A DNA stretch of 50,287 nucleotides, taken from positions 1-50,287 of IMG/VR virus record IMGVR_UViG_3300024999_000149. One strand, given 5' to 3'. The position numbers were made by a program, and so were the translations under genes. Below the pieces are notes generated by a model that saw only the letters and a program-made list of their open reading frames with translations, did no database searches and was not told the origin of the DNA. The stretch is from a virus (Duplodnaviria; Caudoviricetes). Each line of letters begins with the position of its first letter. The stretch's first letter is position 1. Below are positions 36,670 to 45,974 of the stretch, in pieces.

Positions 36670-37457
36670 AGATCCAGTGTGTTTGTATGAACAGCCCTAA
36701 ATCCTTTCTCTGTCTGTTCAATCTTTAAATAAAGCGAAAGTCCCATATCCCCGGCATCAGTCATGTTAATATGTGAGTGATCATGCCACTGGTGAACGAC
36801 AAAAGGCTCGTAAGGGATCGTGACCTCAAGTCCCAGACGACGCACACGCAGAATGAGATCATTGTCCCCGTAAGCAATGTAATGAGCAAAGCGTTCATCG
36901 TACCCGTTCAGTTTACGAAGGTTCTCTGTGGTGACCGCAGCGCAAAAGTCATACGCCCTCGGTATCAGTGTCGGGTGATTGTACCATCCTATTTCCTGGT
37001 TCGCTGGATTATTTGGAAAGTCATACTCTATAGGTAAAAGCGCCATAATAACCCGGTCGCTTATTCCTGTAAAAGTAGTGGCCATGTCAATAGCTAATGC
37101 AGAGAAGGGAATATAATTACTCTCGGTCACGTTCTCTGCGGCATACTTTATAACATCTCCGTAGTGATAACATTCAGCGTTCTGAAGTATTATAATATCA
37201 GGATTTAAAGGCAGTGCAGTATGTATTCCGAGATTGTAAGCTATCACGGGATTAGTCCACCACTTCTCTTCGCCAACTCTGTAAGTATGAATACGTGGCC
37301 CGTATTTTGAGAAGTCCACAACGTCATCACTTTTGTCGTCAACGATAACGATCTCAAAATTCTTATGCTTTGTTTTATAAATTGACCTCAGTGTTCTCTC
37401 AAGTTGAAAGAGCCTGTTAAAATACGTCATAACGACGACAACTTTCAATTCTGCCAT
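36666..37457 (-). CDS. Glycosyltransferase family 2
   Basis: TYFNR, IVIVDDKS, AYNLGI, NGYDERF....YGDND, VVHQWH. Confidence 0.88.
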   Translation of the reverse strand: MAELKVVVVMTYFNRLFQLERTLRSIYKTKHKNFEIVIVDDKSDDVVDFSKYGPRIHTYRVGEEKWWTNPVIAYNLGIHTALPLNPDIIILQNAECYHYGDVIKYAAENVTESNYIPFSALAIDMATTFTGISDRVIMALLPIEYDFPNNPANQEIGWYNHPTLIPRAYDFCAAVTTENLRKLNGYDERFAHYIAYGDNDLILRVRRLGLEVTIPYEPFVVHQWHDHSHINMTDAGDMGLSLYLKIEQTEKGFRAVHTNTLDL

Positions 37458-37633
37458 AATGAAGTCGAGAGTAATTGTATGTGACTGTCGAAACTCTGTA
37501 TTAATATCTTGTCGAGGTTTGCGGTTTCTTCAAAATATTCGTATAAAAAAAATCCTTCGTGCATAAGGTCAAAGTGGCAATCTCCGATAGTCTGAAGGTA
37601 AAAGAACATCATCCATTGCTCTGAGGTTTTCAA
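37445..37633 (-). CDS. Hypothetical protein
   Basis: 62-aa ORF; TATATTTG box at 37650-37657. Confidence 0.4.
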   Translation of the reverse strand: MKTSEQWMMFFYLQTIGDCHFDLMHEGFFLYEYFEETANLDKILIQSFDSHIQLLSTSLWQN

Positions 37634-37637
37634 CCTG

Positions 37638-37916
37638 TTATTGTTTACACAAATATAGTTTTTTTTTAATATAAAACATCCTTCGACGTGGCGAAAAGTT
37701 ACTCACCTTGCGAAGTGAAAACATCACCAACTCATTAGCGGTATTTTCAAATATCATCCAATAGCTATCGACAATAACAATTTTCCCATAAATTGATATT
37801 GGGTAATTGCATTTATCTTCACGGGCCTCTATACGTCCAAACGCACCCTCTATTCGGCGAGCATCATCGACGGTCATCGTATAATCAAAGTATCTCCCTG
37901 CCGTGCAAAAGTCCAC
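37638..37916 (-). CDS. Hypothetical protein
   Basis: ORF in the operon; true start probably near 37877. Confidence 0.5.
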   Translation of the reverse strand: MDFCTAGRYFDYTMTVDDARRIEGAFGRIEAREDKCNYPISIYGKIVIVDSYWMIFENTANELVMFSLRKVSNFSPRRRMFYIKKKLYLCKQ

Positions 37917-38428
37917 ACCCTCATACCCTCTCCGTTGAAGGCGTGACCAGGATCAGTCCATGAAACTAAAACGTCGTTCCAATAGTCTTCCCATACATGG
38001 ATTGAATCGGGCAGTTGTGCCGTAGCCCATAAATCTGTCCGTGCAAGAATCCTGTCGGCTATATTGTAAAGTGCATCTATTTTTTCGTAGTTACCGCTTA
38101 TAAGTGTGCTGTCGATTAGTGAAATTGTCGGAGGCACGGTGTCAACAAGCGTCACGTTAAAAAGTAAATCAGTGTAGTTACCAAACTTATCTATCGCTCT
38201 TATCATGGCATTCGTGGTCGGTGCGGTGAGCCACGTTCCATAAGTAGGCGACTGCCATATAGTATCTATCCCGCAATTATCGGTGTACAGAAACTTTGGG
38301 ATATAGTTTGGCATAGCAGCCCCACACTCATCCGTCATGTTGATGAATTGCGGAGGGATAGTCTGTGATTGAACACAAGTACAGCTTGTCACTACAGCAG
38401 CAAAAAGAATAAGCATTAATTTTTTCAT
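37874..38428 (-). CDS. Putative lipoprotein with HYR-like domain
   Basis: MKKLMLILFAAVVTS-C lipobox; TDNCG...A.D..GN.....VT..DT.PP.I pattern. Confidence 0.65.
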   Translation of the reverse strand: MKKLMLILFAAVVTSCTCVQSQTIPPQFINMTDECGAAMPNYIPKFLYTDNCGIDTIWQSPTYGTWLTAPTTNAMIRAIDKFGNYTDLLFNVTLVDTVPPTISLIDSTLISGNYEKIDALYNIADRILARTDLWATAQLPDSIHVWEDYWNDVLVSWTDPGHAFNGEGMRVWTFARQGDTLIIR

Positions 38429-38958
38429 CTCAATTGTTTTAATTGTTTACAGATTTGATTCCGTCCTCTCATTACTTTAACTCGCAGAGTGGACTGATTT
38501 ATATGATATTTTTCTTCAATCTCATTAAAACTTAACCCGTTAATATAAAAATCCTCTACATAAACCCTTAACTGAGGTTTTAGATTTGAAATAGCCTTGC
38601 AAATTATATCCCGGCTTTCAAGTTCAATAAACTTATCCTCAGGATTTAGTTGTGCTGATTGCCAACGTTCGTCAACTGGTATAAACGTCGTACGGCAACG
38701 GAGATAATCAATACAGTTATTTCTCCCAATAGTAAATAGCCATGTGCTAAATCTATGTGTCGGGGCGTACTGGTTTATTTTGATGAACGCATCCTCAAAG
38801 GTATGTGTTGTAATCATCCTGGCATCACCTGAGTTGTAAATAAATCCCATTACAAGTTGCATCATACGATTCCAATAACGGGAAATTATCATTTCGTATG
38901 CCCATCCCTCGCCTGAACGCATCCCGTCAACTGCTTTTTGCTCGTCATAATCCATCAA
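38425..38958 (-). CDS. ECF-type RNA polymerase sigma factor
   Basis: Region 2 (FSTWLFTIGRNNCIDYLR) and region 4 (L...LR.....Y..GLSFNEI.......T...K..RGR). Confidence 0.88.
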   Translation of the reverse strand: MMDYDEQKAVDGMRSGEGWAYEMIISRYWNRMMQLVMGFIYNSGDARMITTHTFEDAFIKINQYAPTHRFSTWLFTIGRNNCIDYLRCRTTFIPVDERWQSAQLNPEDKFIELESRDIICKAISNLKPQLRVYVEDFYINGLSFNEIEEKYHINQSTLRVKVMRGRNQICKQLKQLR

Positions 38959-39264
38959 TGCAAAAATACGAAATTGAATTGAATAAGGTTATGCAAATAA
39001 CCATAATCCCAACATGATACACCCGATTATCACGGCTGCGGCAAGCAAGCCTCCGAATACACTTGGTTTTAATTTCATTTCTCCTTTAGTTTATAATTTA
39101 ACCCCTTAATAATCTAAAGCTCCATTTACCTATCTGAAGTTTTTTTGTTATCCCGTTTCTTTCGCTAAAAAGCAATGGATGTTTTCTGATGTTCTTAGCA
39201 GCTATGCCATACCTGAATATTCTTATCCACCACTGTCCGTCTCCAAAATAAGTACCTATCGCTT

Positions 39265-39564
39265 TCATTTCTTCTCCCCTCCCGTGTTCGGTTTACTCAT
39301 GCGGTTGCGGATTTCATCAACAATCTCATGCGGCTTCTTATTTAGTTCTTTTAGTCTCTTTAACTCATCGCCAAGTCCGTCAAGTTTTGCTGAGTTAAAT
39401 GCGCCTATGATGTAAGCCATGTCAACATCCTTTGCGGTGTATCTTTCCTCTGTCAGCATCGGCTCGGCAAATAATGCCATGATTTCATCGGCACATTCAG
39501 ACGATTGTAGGCTCCGATATTGCTCTTTAAACTTTCTCAGTATTGCAATTATCTGTTCTTTCAT
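39265..39564 (-). CDS. Hypothetical protein
   Basis: 99 aa; N-terminus resembles 48980-49297. Confidence 0.6.
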   Translation of the reverse strand: MKEQIIAILRKFKEQYRSLQSSECADEIMALFAEPMLTEERYTAKDVDMAYIIGAFNSAKLDGLGDELKRLKELNKKPHEIVDEIRNRMSKPNTGGEKK

Positions 39565-39729
39565 TTTATTCTATTTTAATGACGATATAATAATGCTTTT
39601 GTCCATAATATTCAGCAGCATCAATTGGAGGGGCTTCAATAGCCATCTTAATTTCATATCCAGCATTAACCAAAGCAGTAATTACATTACACCTATCACG
39701 ATAATCATCAATCATTAATTTTACTTCTT

Positions 39730-40059
39730 TCATTTCCTTATGTTTTGTTTCCAGTATTCAAAAAGTTCATCAGTAGTAAATGATTGCATAAATTGTTCTT
39801 GCTCTTTACTCCAATCATATAACCATAAATCTTTTTCTTCGCAATAACAATTTTTTGTTGCCCAGTCTATAAATGCTTTCGGGTACATCTCTTTTGTTGC
39901 CTCGGCTACCTTGAGGGAGAATAGATTGTCAATCATTTTGTCAATGCTGCCCGTCTGCTTAATCATGTCGAAGGATGGCATCCCTATTTCCTGAGCTGCC
40001 ATTCCCATCTCAAATACATCAAGCAATATTTCCTCTGCCTGTTTTCTTTCGTCTGTCAT
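39730..40059 (-). CDS. Hypothetical protein
   Basis: 109 aa; C-terminal TTDELFEYW. Confidence 0.6.
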   Translation of the reverse strand: MTDERKQAEEILLDVFEMGMAAQEIGMPSFDMIKQTGSIDKMIDNLFSLKVAEATKEMYPKAFIDWATKNCYCEEKDLWLYDWSKEQEQFMQSFTTDELFEYWKQNIRK

Positions 40060-40061
40060 CT

Positions 40062-40325
40062 CTATTCTCCCGTTGGTTTGTTTATTTCTCTTTCTTTCAT
40101 CAATTTATTGATGACTGTAATTACATCGGTCAGGCACGTATTATTCCAGACCGTATCAAATTCCATAGTAGGCATGAAGCAATACTGCCTCCATGCTCCG
40201 TACCATTCAATCGTCGCAAGCCTATGTGTATTTGATTTGTTAATAACATGGACTATCTTAGTTTTCCTGCCTTCAGTTTTTTCGGTGGCGAAAACCAAAT
40301 ACTTTGTTTCGTGAATCGTTGTCAT
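40062..40325 (-). CDS. Hypothetical phage protein
   Basis: 87 aa; IEWYGAWRQYCF.P. Confidence 0.65.
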   Translation of the reverse strand: MTTIHETKYLVFATEKTEGRKTKIVHVINKSNTHRLATIEWYGAWRQYCFMPTMEFDTVWNNTCLTDVITVINKLMKEREINKPTGE

Positions 40326-40540
40326 CTCTCTGATGTTTGGGGGTTATTCAATTGCCATTTTTAGTCCATACCGCATAACCACATCCCTCGCACTTCTTTA
40401 GTCCGGGAAACTTATAGCCCTTTTTATTTCGTGGACACCAAAAGTGCTTTGGAGAGATTAATGCTTTTGAACACCTTACTGTTTCACCATTTTTATTTGT
40501 TGTTTGCCTACTCATCTCTCTTCTGCTTTAGTGATTAGCT

Positions 40541-40885
40541 TTAAATCTGAGTATTATTTATCGCTGCTTCTGCTTTCTCAACCGCCTTCATCCATTGCTC
40601 AAATGTCGGCTGTCCTGAGCCTATACCCTCCTGTTCGCACATATGGAGGTAAACAAGCCTTTTCAGTGCCTCCAGCAGTTCGTCTCGCTGCTTCAGTAGC
40701 TCGGAAGGCAATAGGCCACACTTTTGAGCGGTGTTACCGGCATCACAGAATAACTCAAAATGTTTGCGGTATTTAGGGCTATCTGACCATGACCGGCAGA
40801 TTTCCATTGTCGGAGTATCAATGAAAAGCTCTTGCCCGCTTTTCCTGATCTTGTATTCTCCCTTTGTTATTCCAAGTTCTTTCAT
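40541..40885 (-). CDS. Hypothetical phage protein
   Basis: 114 aa; ITKGEY...ELLEALK...KAEAAI. Confidence 0.65.
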   Translation of the reverse strand: MKELGITKGEYKIRKSGQELFIDTPTMEICRSWSDSPKYRKHFELFCDAGNTAQKCGLLPSELLKQRDELLEALKRLVYLHMCEQEGIGSGQPTFEQWMKAVEKAEAAINNTQI

Positions 40886-40893
40886 CTCTTTGG

Positions 40894-41130
40894 TTATTGG
40901 TTATTATTCAGAAATTCATCAATCAATGTATCATCCCATTCAAAGTCTACATTGTAACCCTCCTTTTCAAGCCATGTTAAGAACGTGGGTAAAACTCCCC
41001 GTATCACGCTGCGGAGGTCGGCAAGAAGTTCCTTTTTAATAGCTTCTTTCAGTCCCTCTTGCATACCAAATTGCGAATATTTATCCGCGAACTCCTCCTT
41101 CGTCATATCCGCCTTTTGTTCTGTTGTCAT
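40894..41130 (-). CDS. Hypothetical protein
   Basis: 78 aa, coupled. Confidence 0.55.
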   Translation of the reverse strand: MTTEQKADMTKEEFADKYSQFGMQEGLKEAIKKELLADLRSVIRGVLPTFLTWLEKEGYNVDFEWDDTLIDEFLNNNQ

Positions 41131-41405
41131 TTTTTCAGTCTGTTAAATCTCGCATCAAATACCTCTTCGCACGCCTTTACCAAATGTAGGGCTTTTTCGT
41201 CTTTCTGTAATGACCTCTCGCCTTGAAGTCTGTCAGCAATGTAGCTACGGTTCTTTTCGTCTACCTTGCACGTTCCAACAAAATGGTAGAATTCCCATAA
41301 GCAGGAATACTTTTCACGTGACTTGCATTTCCGGGCAATCTCTGACTGCTGCATCAACACAACAAAAGCCAGGATTGCAATGATAATGATGATTAGTGCT
41401 GTCAT
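41127..41405 (-). CDS. Hypothetical membrane-anchored protein
   Basis: N-terminal TM segment. Confidence 0.55.
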   Translation of the reverse strand: MTALIIIIIAILAFVVLMQQSEIARKCKSREKYSCLWEFYHFVGTCKVDEKNRSYIADRLQGERSLQKDEKALHLVKACEEVFDARFNRLKK

Positions 41406-41415
41406 AGGGTTAGTT

Positions 41416-41670
41416 TTAAAGGTTTTTTAAATATTCTATTTGCTTTTTAAGCCTAATGATTTCATGTTCTCTCCATGCCTCAAATTTTTTGCGCACAACA
41501 TCAAACCGCCACGACGGATTTTCAAGCCCTCTCTCCATTTTAGAGTAATTGCCTTGTTGCGTTTTAAGTTCAGCAGACATATCGCACTGCTTAATACCCA
41601 TAAGCCCACGATATAACTTCATTAATTTGCCTTTCTTGTAAATGTCTTCCACGTCTATCATGTCATTCAA
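41416..41670 (-). CDS. XRE-family HTH regulator
   Basis: MKLYR...GIKQ.DM...L...Q..YSKMERG; TATATTTG box at 41680-41687. Confidence 0.75.
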   Translation of the reverse strand: MNDMIDVEDIYKKGKLMKLYRGLMGIKQCDMSAELKTQQGNYSKMERGLENPSWRFDVVRKKFEAWREHEIIRLKKQIEYLKNL

Positions 41671-41715
41671 TTAAACAATCAAATATATATTCTTATTTTC
41701 TTTTATGCAAATTAT

Positions 41716-42108
41716 TTAAAGATTATTTTTCAATTCTTCAATCATTTTTTCATAGTCTGACCGGGTAAGTTTGACCTGAGTGTGCCTCTGTGCTTCTAAA
41801 GCCTCAACTCTTTCAAGACCTATTTCTTCAATCAGCCTTATCCGAAATTCAACCGTGTTGCCATGCAGAAAAACATTGCATCTCATATCCTGTGGCCGAG
41901 AATTATCAGGATGAAACGTCAATCCAGGATACCCACCACGTGAAAGGTAGTGTCCGCCCTGACAGTTTGATGTGTTTAACTTCATTACAGCCCCGCAAGT
42001 AAAACACCTGACATTTCCCTCGTCGTCAGCGTAACGTTGCTTTAAACGGGCAGAAAACAGGCTCCACGCCTCTTCTTTGAGCTTACTGAGTGATTTTTTT
42101 TTCTTCAT
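41716..42108 (-). CDS. ninG: NinG/Rap-like recombination endonuclease
   Basis: CFTCG...GGHYLSRG......F...N.RPQD.RCN..L.GN...FR..LIE.IG.E.VE.LE. Confidence 0.85.
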   Translation of the reverse strand: MKKKKSLSKLKEEAWSLFSARLKQRYADDEGNVRCFTCGAVMKLNTSNCQGGHYLSRGGYPGLTFHPDNSRPQDMRCNVFLHGNTVEFRIRLIEEIGLERVEALEAQRHTQVKLTRSDYEKMIEELKNNL

Positions 42109-42293
42109 CTGTAAATCTTTATGTCCCTGATCACATCATACGCAAGCTCTATGCAGCACCAACGACTGTCGTTTACAATATCCGTAATCGGACATTCCTT
42201 TGTCGGGTCCGCCTTAAACACCCACTTGCCGTCAACACTGGTTATAGTGCCGTACATCTTTACAAGTCGTAGCTTCTCTGCTGGGGTAGTCAT
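42105..42293 (-). CDS. Hypothetical protein
   Basis: 62 aa, ATGA-coupled on both sides. Confidence 0.55.
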   Translation of the reverse strand: MTTPAEKLRLVKMYGTITSVDGKWVFKADPTKECPITDIVNDSRWCCIELAYDVIRDIKIYR

Positions 42294-42778
42294 CTTACAA
42301 CGTATTTAGTCAGCTTGTATCTCTCAACATCGTTAGCGAACACCCACACTACCTTTGGCATATCCGGGAACTTCACCGCCACATGACTGCTCCATAAATC
42401 CTCCTTGCACATCTGCTCATGCGTCTTAAACTTTACTGTCCTGTCGTAGCTTATGAAGTTAGCAATAGTAGGCTGCGGGTAGATGCAGTTGTCTATAACG
42501 AAGTTTACAGCGTCAGTTAAACGTTCATCACAGAACTCATTGTCCTTTATCCTGTCCGTAAAAGCATCATAGAAGCCAGCAGGCAGTTGCGGAAACGCTT
42601 TCTTAATCTTTGCGACACTATCCACAACAACGGCAGTAGTTAACTCACCTTTGTAGAGGCTTATCTCGTCACGCTCTATCGCTGGCAAACTTTCCGGCGA
42701 CGATGGCTGCAATCTCATCGGGTGTTGCTCCATTATCTTTTTGATATCCTGCATTGTTTTTCTCTTTAAATAATCCAT
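42290..42778 (-). CDS. Putative replication accessory (helicase loader-like) protein
   Basis: Follows the initiator; FP.....F......I....F...RL.DAV..VI..C.Y..PTIA..I pattern; start uncertain. Confidence 0.5.
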   Translation of the reverse strand: MDYLKRKTMQDIKKIMEQHPMRLQPSSPESLPAIERDEISLYKGELTTAVVVDSVAKIKKAFPQLPAGFYDAFTDRIKDNEFCDERLTDAVNFVIDNCIYPQPTIANFISYDRTVKFKTHEQMCKEDLWSSHVAVKFPDMPKVVWVFANDVERYKLTKYVVR

Positions 42779-43370
42779 CGTAATTTTTGGAAGTCGAATA
42801 TAAAATCATGCTCCGCAATTCTTCAACATCGCCCCCGGTATCATTCATCACTTTTATAAGCAAACTTTTCAATCCTGTTTCTTTATATGTCTGTCTCTTT
42901 TCAGATTTGTATTTCAGCCATACTAATATTAATTCTTTAAACTCTTCACTTAAATTAATATCATTCTCTTTTATTACTTTATTAAATAATAAAACATAAG
43001 ATATATTTTCATCTTCAGGTAGGTTATTTTTAGCTTTGGCATATGGTTTCGCATATGGTTTAGCATTAGCTTTTGGCGGCCTGCCTCCTTTTCTGCCGTT
43101 ATCTCTCCGGCTCTCAATGAATTGCATCCTTTTTTGTATCTCTTCCTCCATCCGTTCATTATAAAAATTACCCTCTTCATCTCTCAAAAACTTATCCATC
43201 ACATCAACCGAGACAGAACCTAAGGTTAACCTAATGGTTTTATCACTCAAATGTCCCTTTTGGTGTTGAAGGCAAAGCATGGTAATGTACTGACCCCGCT
43301 CTTCAAAAGTGAGGTCAGCACATCCAGTTAAGAAGTCTTGCGTATAGAATAAGACGGCAGGATCACGCAT
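42669..43370 (-). CDS. Replication initiator-like protein (DUF1376/YdaU-type N-terminus)
   Basis: P...FY..DFL.G...LT.EERG.YI.MLC.Q...G; RR.NG.KGGRP; W..YK.E...Y...G. Confidence 0.75.
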   Translation of the reverse strand: MRDPAVLFYTQDFLTGCADLTFEERGQYITMLCLQHQKGHLSDKTIRLTLGSVSVDVMDKFLRDEEGNFYNERMEEEIQKRMQFIESRRDNGRKGGRPPKANAKPYAKPYAKAKNNLPEDENISYVLLFNKVIKENDINLSEEFKELILVWLKYKSEKRQTYKETGLKSLLIKVMNDTGGDVEELRSMILYSTSKNYDGLFKEKNNAGYQKDNGATPDEIAAIVAGKFASDRA

Positions 43371-43372
43371 GA

Positions 43373-43795
43373 CTATTCTGTTAACTCATGCAGTTTTGCC
43401 GGAGGTAACATACTGCCAGCAACAGCTGTTTTTAAGAAGCGTATTGTTGAGTTTTTTCTTGCATCTCCATTATGCAATTTATACATCAATTCATCTTCAA
43501 TATACTTCTTATCACCTATCGTGGCAATCTTCCATGCAGTAATTTTGAAGCCCCTGGTACTGTTAGGGATTTTCTTTCTCATAGGTATAATGAGAGTACC
43601 CTCTTCTTCTGCAAGTTCACGAACTTTCCACATCCGTTCCTTAATCATCTTATTAAAGATATGGGCAGTTTGGGCTATGTAACCATTACCCCAAATCATA
43701 ATACCAATATCTTCATTGGTAAGCCATTCAAGCCCTTTGTTTAGCCCTTCATGGAAGGCAGCTAAGATTTGCGTTTCAAGATTAATCTTTCTCAT
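43373..43795 (-). CDS. Hypothetical protein, partner of the ParB-like gene
   Basis: 140 aa, 7 nt downstream of the ParB-like gene. Confidence 0.6.
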   Translation of the reverse strand: MRKINLETQILAAFHEGLNKGLEWLTNEDIGIMIWGNGYIAQTAHIFNKMIKERMWKVRELAEEEGTLIIPMRKKIPNSTRGFKITAWKIATIGDKKYIEDELMYKLHNGDARKNSTIRFLKTAVAGSMLPPAKLHELTE

Positions 43796-43801
43796 CTTTA
43801 T

Positions 43802-44701
43802 TTAAATTTGGTTAATAAATCTTTCAATATCAGTACTGGTTTTCTTCAGCGTTTCCTTAACCCTCACAGTCCAGTTAATGCCATTCCAGTATTCAGGCAC
43901 ACCAACATCATCACATAGTCTTGATAAGCGTGATATTGCCATACGAAGATCCTCTGCAATAGCATCAACACTTGCAAACTCTGCATCGAATTGTTTGATG
44001 TTCTTATCGGAATTTGACACCCTTGTTTTCGGCACAAACATTTCTTCCATTGCTGCATCACGCATACCAATTTCACCACCTCCCTTTTCTTTGTATCTCT
44101 CAACAACGGCCTTTTGTCTTTCCTTTGGTATATCATACTTTTTAACTACATCAACGAAATTACGGGCAGCCCTTTCGGTTGGAAGCTCGGTAAAAACCGA
44201 ATGCTCAACTTTGTCGTCATCAATCATTTTTAGCCGCTCAAGTGAATAATAAACACGATATGCATCCCACCCTAAAAATGCAGCGACATTGTTAGTTTCA
44301 TTACTATATCTATTTTCCTTACCATGGTAGGGAACTTTCTCCTCCGGGTGTTCCTCAAGAAACTTCTTTGTCACCCGGACAGTTTCATCAATAACCTGTG
44401 GCGTTGCCTTCCAGTCATCCATATTCTCATTAGCCATGATCTTCAGCATGAGTGCATCGGTTAACTCTTTTACCGGAATGTCAACCTCGTCGGTAGGTTT
44501 CATTACCTCTCTGATTGCAGCAAGCCTGTGATGCCCGTATGCAATCTGATATTTACTGCCCTGTTTTCGGGCAAGGATGTTGTCCCAAAACCCCGTCTGT
44601 TGAATGCTATCAACAAGGGTTTTCACCTTCTCTTCACTTATGGGATAGTTATTCATGTCCCGGTAAGGATTAGGTTCTAATTGATTAATTTTTACCTTCA
44701 T
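43802..44701 (-). CDS. ParB/Srx N-terminal domain protein
   Basis: I..LEPNPYR...L.DSI...GF..NIL.R....YQIAYGHHRL.A...ANEN. Confidence 0.85.
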   Translation of the reverse strand: MKVKINQLEPNPYRDMNNYPISEEKVKTLVDSIQQTGFWDNILARKQGSKYQIAYGHHRLAAIREVMKPTDEVDIPVKELTDALMLKIMANENMDDWKATPQVIDETVRVTKKFLEEHPEEKVPYHGKENRYSNETNNVAAFLGWDAYRVYYSLERLKMIDDDKVEHSVFTELPTERAARNFVDVVKKYDIPKERQKAVVERYKEKGGGEIGMRDAAMEEMFVPKTRVSNSDKNIKQFDAEFASVDAIAEDLRMAISRLSRLCDDVGVPEYWNGINWTVRVKETLKKTSTDIERFINQI

Positions 44702-44717
44702 ATATTACATATTAGAA

Positions 44718-44792
44718 GCCCCCACAAAACGCAAAACCACTCGGTGAAGTAGGGAAGTAACGCCCAGCCGAATGGTATGCGCCTGTGAGGGC
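44718..44792 (-). promoter_or_regulatory. Long structured leader hairpin upstream of the ParB-like gene
   Basis: Minus strand GCCCUCACA-GGCGCA-ACCAUUCGG pairs with CCGAGUGGU-UGCGUU-UGUGGGGGC, using G-U pairs; TATTTTTG box at 44845-44852. Confidence 0.6.
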
Positions 44793-44942
44793 TATGGTTA
44801 AAATGTGAATGTTTAAGCTCATTGTTACTTTATTTCTTCGAGAGCAAAAATACAACTTATTTTTTACCCCGCAACTTTTTTGCAGGTTTATTTACCACCG
44901 GCTTAATTATCCCGGCCAGCAGGTTGAACAGTTCTTTGTCGG

Positions 44943-45404
44943 TCATGTCGTTTCATTTATTAATTCTTCACGTCGTTTTTTCCAGTCAGGATCAGGGTCA
45001 ATGATGTTAGTGTTTAAATACTCTGAAGCAAACTTCCTAATACAAGCCACATAGCCCATGTGATCAATTGTAAGAAATTCCGACTTACTCAAAGGCATAC
45101 GCATTAACTCCCCTGTTTCAGGGTTCAGGATGTCTTTATTTGCCCACATCAGTTTACAGAACTGATCCACCTCTTCGACGTTGGTAAATTCATAACCGGC
45201 ATCATTAAGAGCAATTAACATCTGAGGATAAATGCCTCCGTATAACCATTTGAATTGTGAATGACTGGCCTTGCTCCGCCATGATTCAATCGTCATGCGA
45301 TAGTTCCCTTTCGGCAAAGAGCGGAGGTCTTCCTCCATCACCTTTCGGTTTATGATGTGGAAAACATCTCCCTCTTTTCGTGCCTTGTAAACTAACTTCT
45401 TCAC
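44943..45404 (-). CDS. NinB/DUF1367-like protein
   Basis: S..Q.KWLYG.IY...K..W.....NP.TGE....S...L....Y...I..FA.EYL...I.DP. Confidence 0.55.
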   Translation of the reverse strand: MKKLVYKARKEGDVFHIINRKVMEEDLRSLPKGNYRMTIESWRSKASHSQFKWLYGGIYPQMLIALNDAGYEFTNVEEVDQFCKLMWANKDILNPETGELMRMPLSKSEFLTIDHMGYVACIRKFASEYLNTNIIDPDPDWKKRREELINETT

Positions 45405-45622
45405 TTCACCTTACCCTCACCTTTGTACAACTCATACCGGCTGCGCTTGTTCTCCATGTCCTCTTTTGACTTGAAGTAGTACGTTATCCGTAGTCGTGGA
45501 ATAGTTAAACTTACCTTGCCTTTAAGGTCTCCACACTTGCAGAGTTTACGGGCAGTGTCCTTGTCTACTATGGCCTTCTCCCTATCGGTGAACTGGGCCG
45601 GGTCGTCAAGGTTCTTCATCAA
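45401..45622 (-). CDS. Hypothetical protein
   Basis: 73 aa, coupled. Confidence 0.55.
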   Translation of the reverse strand: MMKNLDDPAQFTDREKAIVDKDTARKLCKCGDLKGKVSLTIPRLRITYYFKSKEDMENKRSRYELYKGEGKVK

Positions 45623-45972
45623 AACGGAAGCTTGGTTCCTGCCGGTAATGGTTCAATGCTACTCACTGGCTCACTTGTTGAAGCCTCAAAGGATGAAACA
45701 TTACCGAGTATGGGCATTGCTCTTTTCTGCTCTTCAGTCTGAGCTTTGTAAATTTCCTTCGGCAGAGACTGTTTGATTAAGTGGGTTTGATTGTCTTTTG
45801 GCTCCTTCAATTCAAAGGCAGTCATGTCAAGGTAAATACCCGACTTGCCCCTGAATAAATGGTTTGCCTCAATGGGAATGATTAAACATTCCACTGGCCC
45901 GGTTTCACCGTCTTCAAATCTCACAACGGAGATCAGATTACTTAAATTCAAATTAATGTTCAGCTTTGTCAT
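45619..45972 (-). CDS. Putative single-stranded DNA-binding protein (Bacteroidota phage type)
   Basis: Follows the annealase; IPIEAN...G.YLD...THLIKQSL.KE...PILGN and C-terminal LPF. Confidence 0.65.
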   Translation of the reverse strand: MTKLNINLNLSNLISVVRFEDGETGPVECLIIPIEANHLFRGKSGIYLDMTAFELKEPKDNQTHLIKQSLPKEIYKAQTEEQKRAMPILGNVSSFEASTSEPVSSIEPLPAGTKLPF

Positions 45973-45974
45973 AA

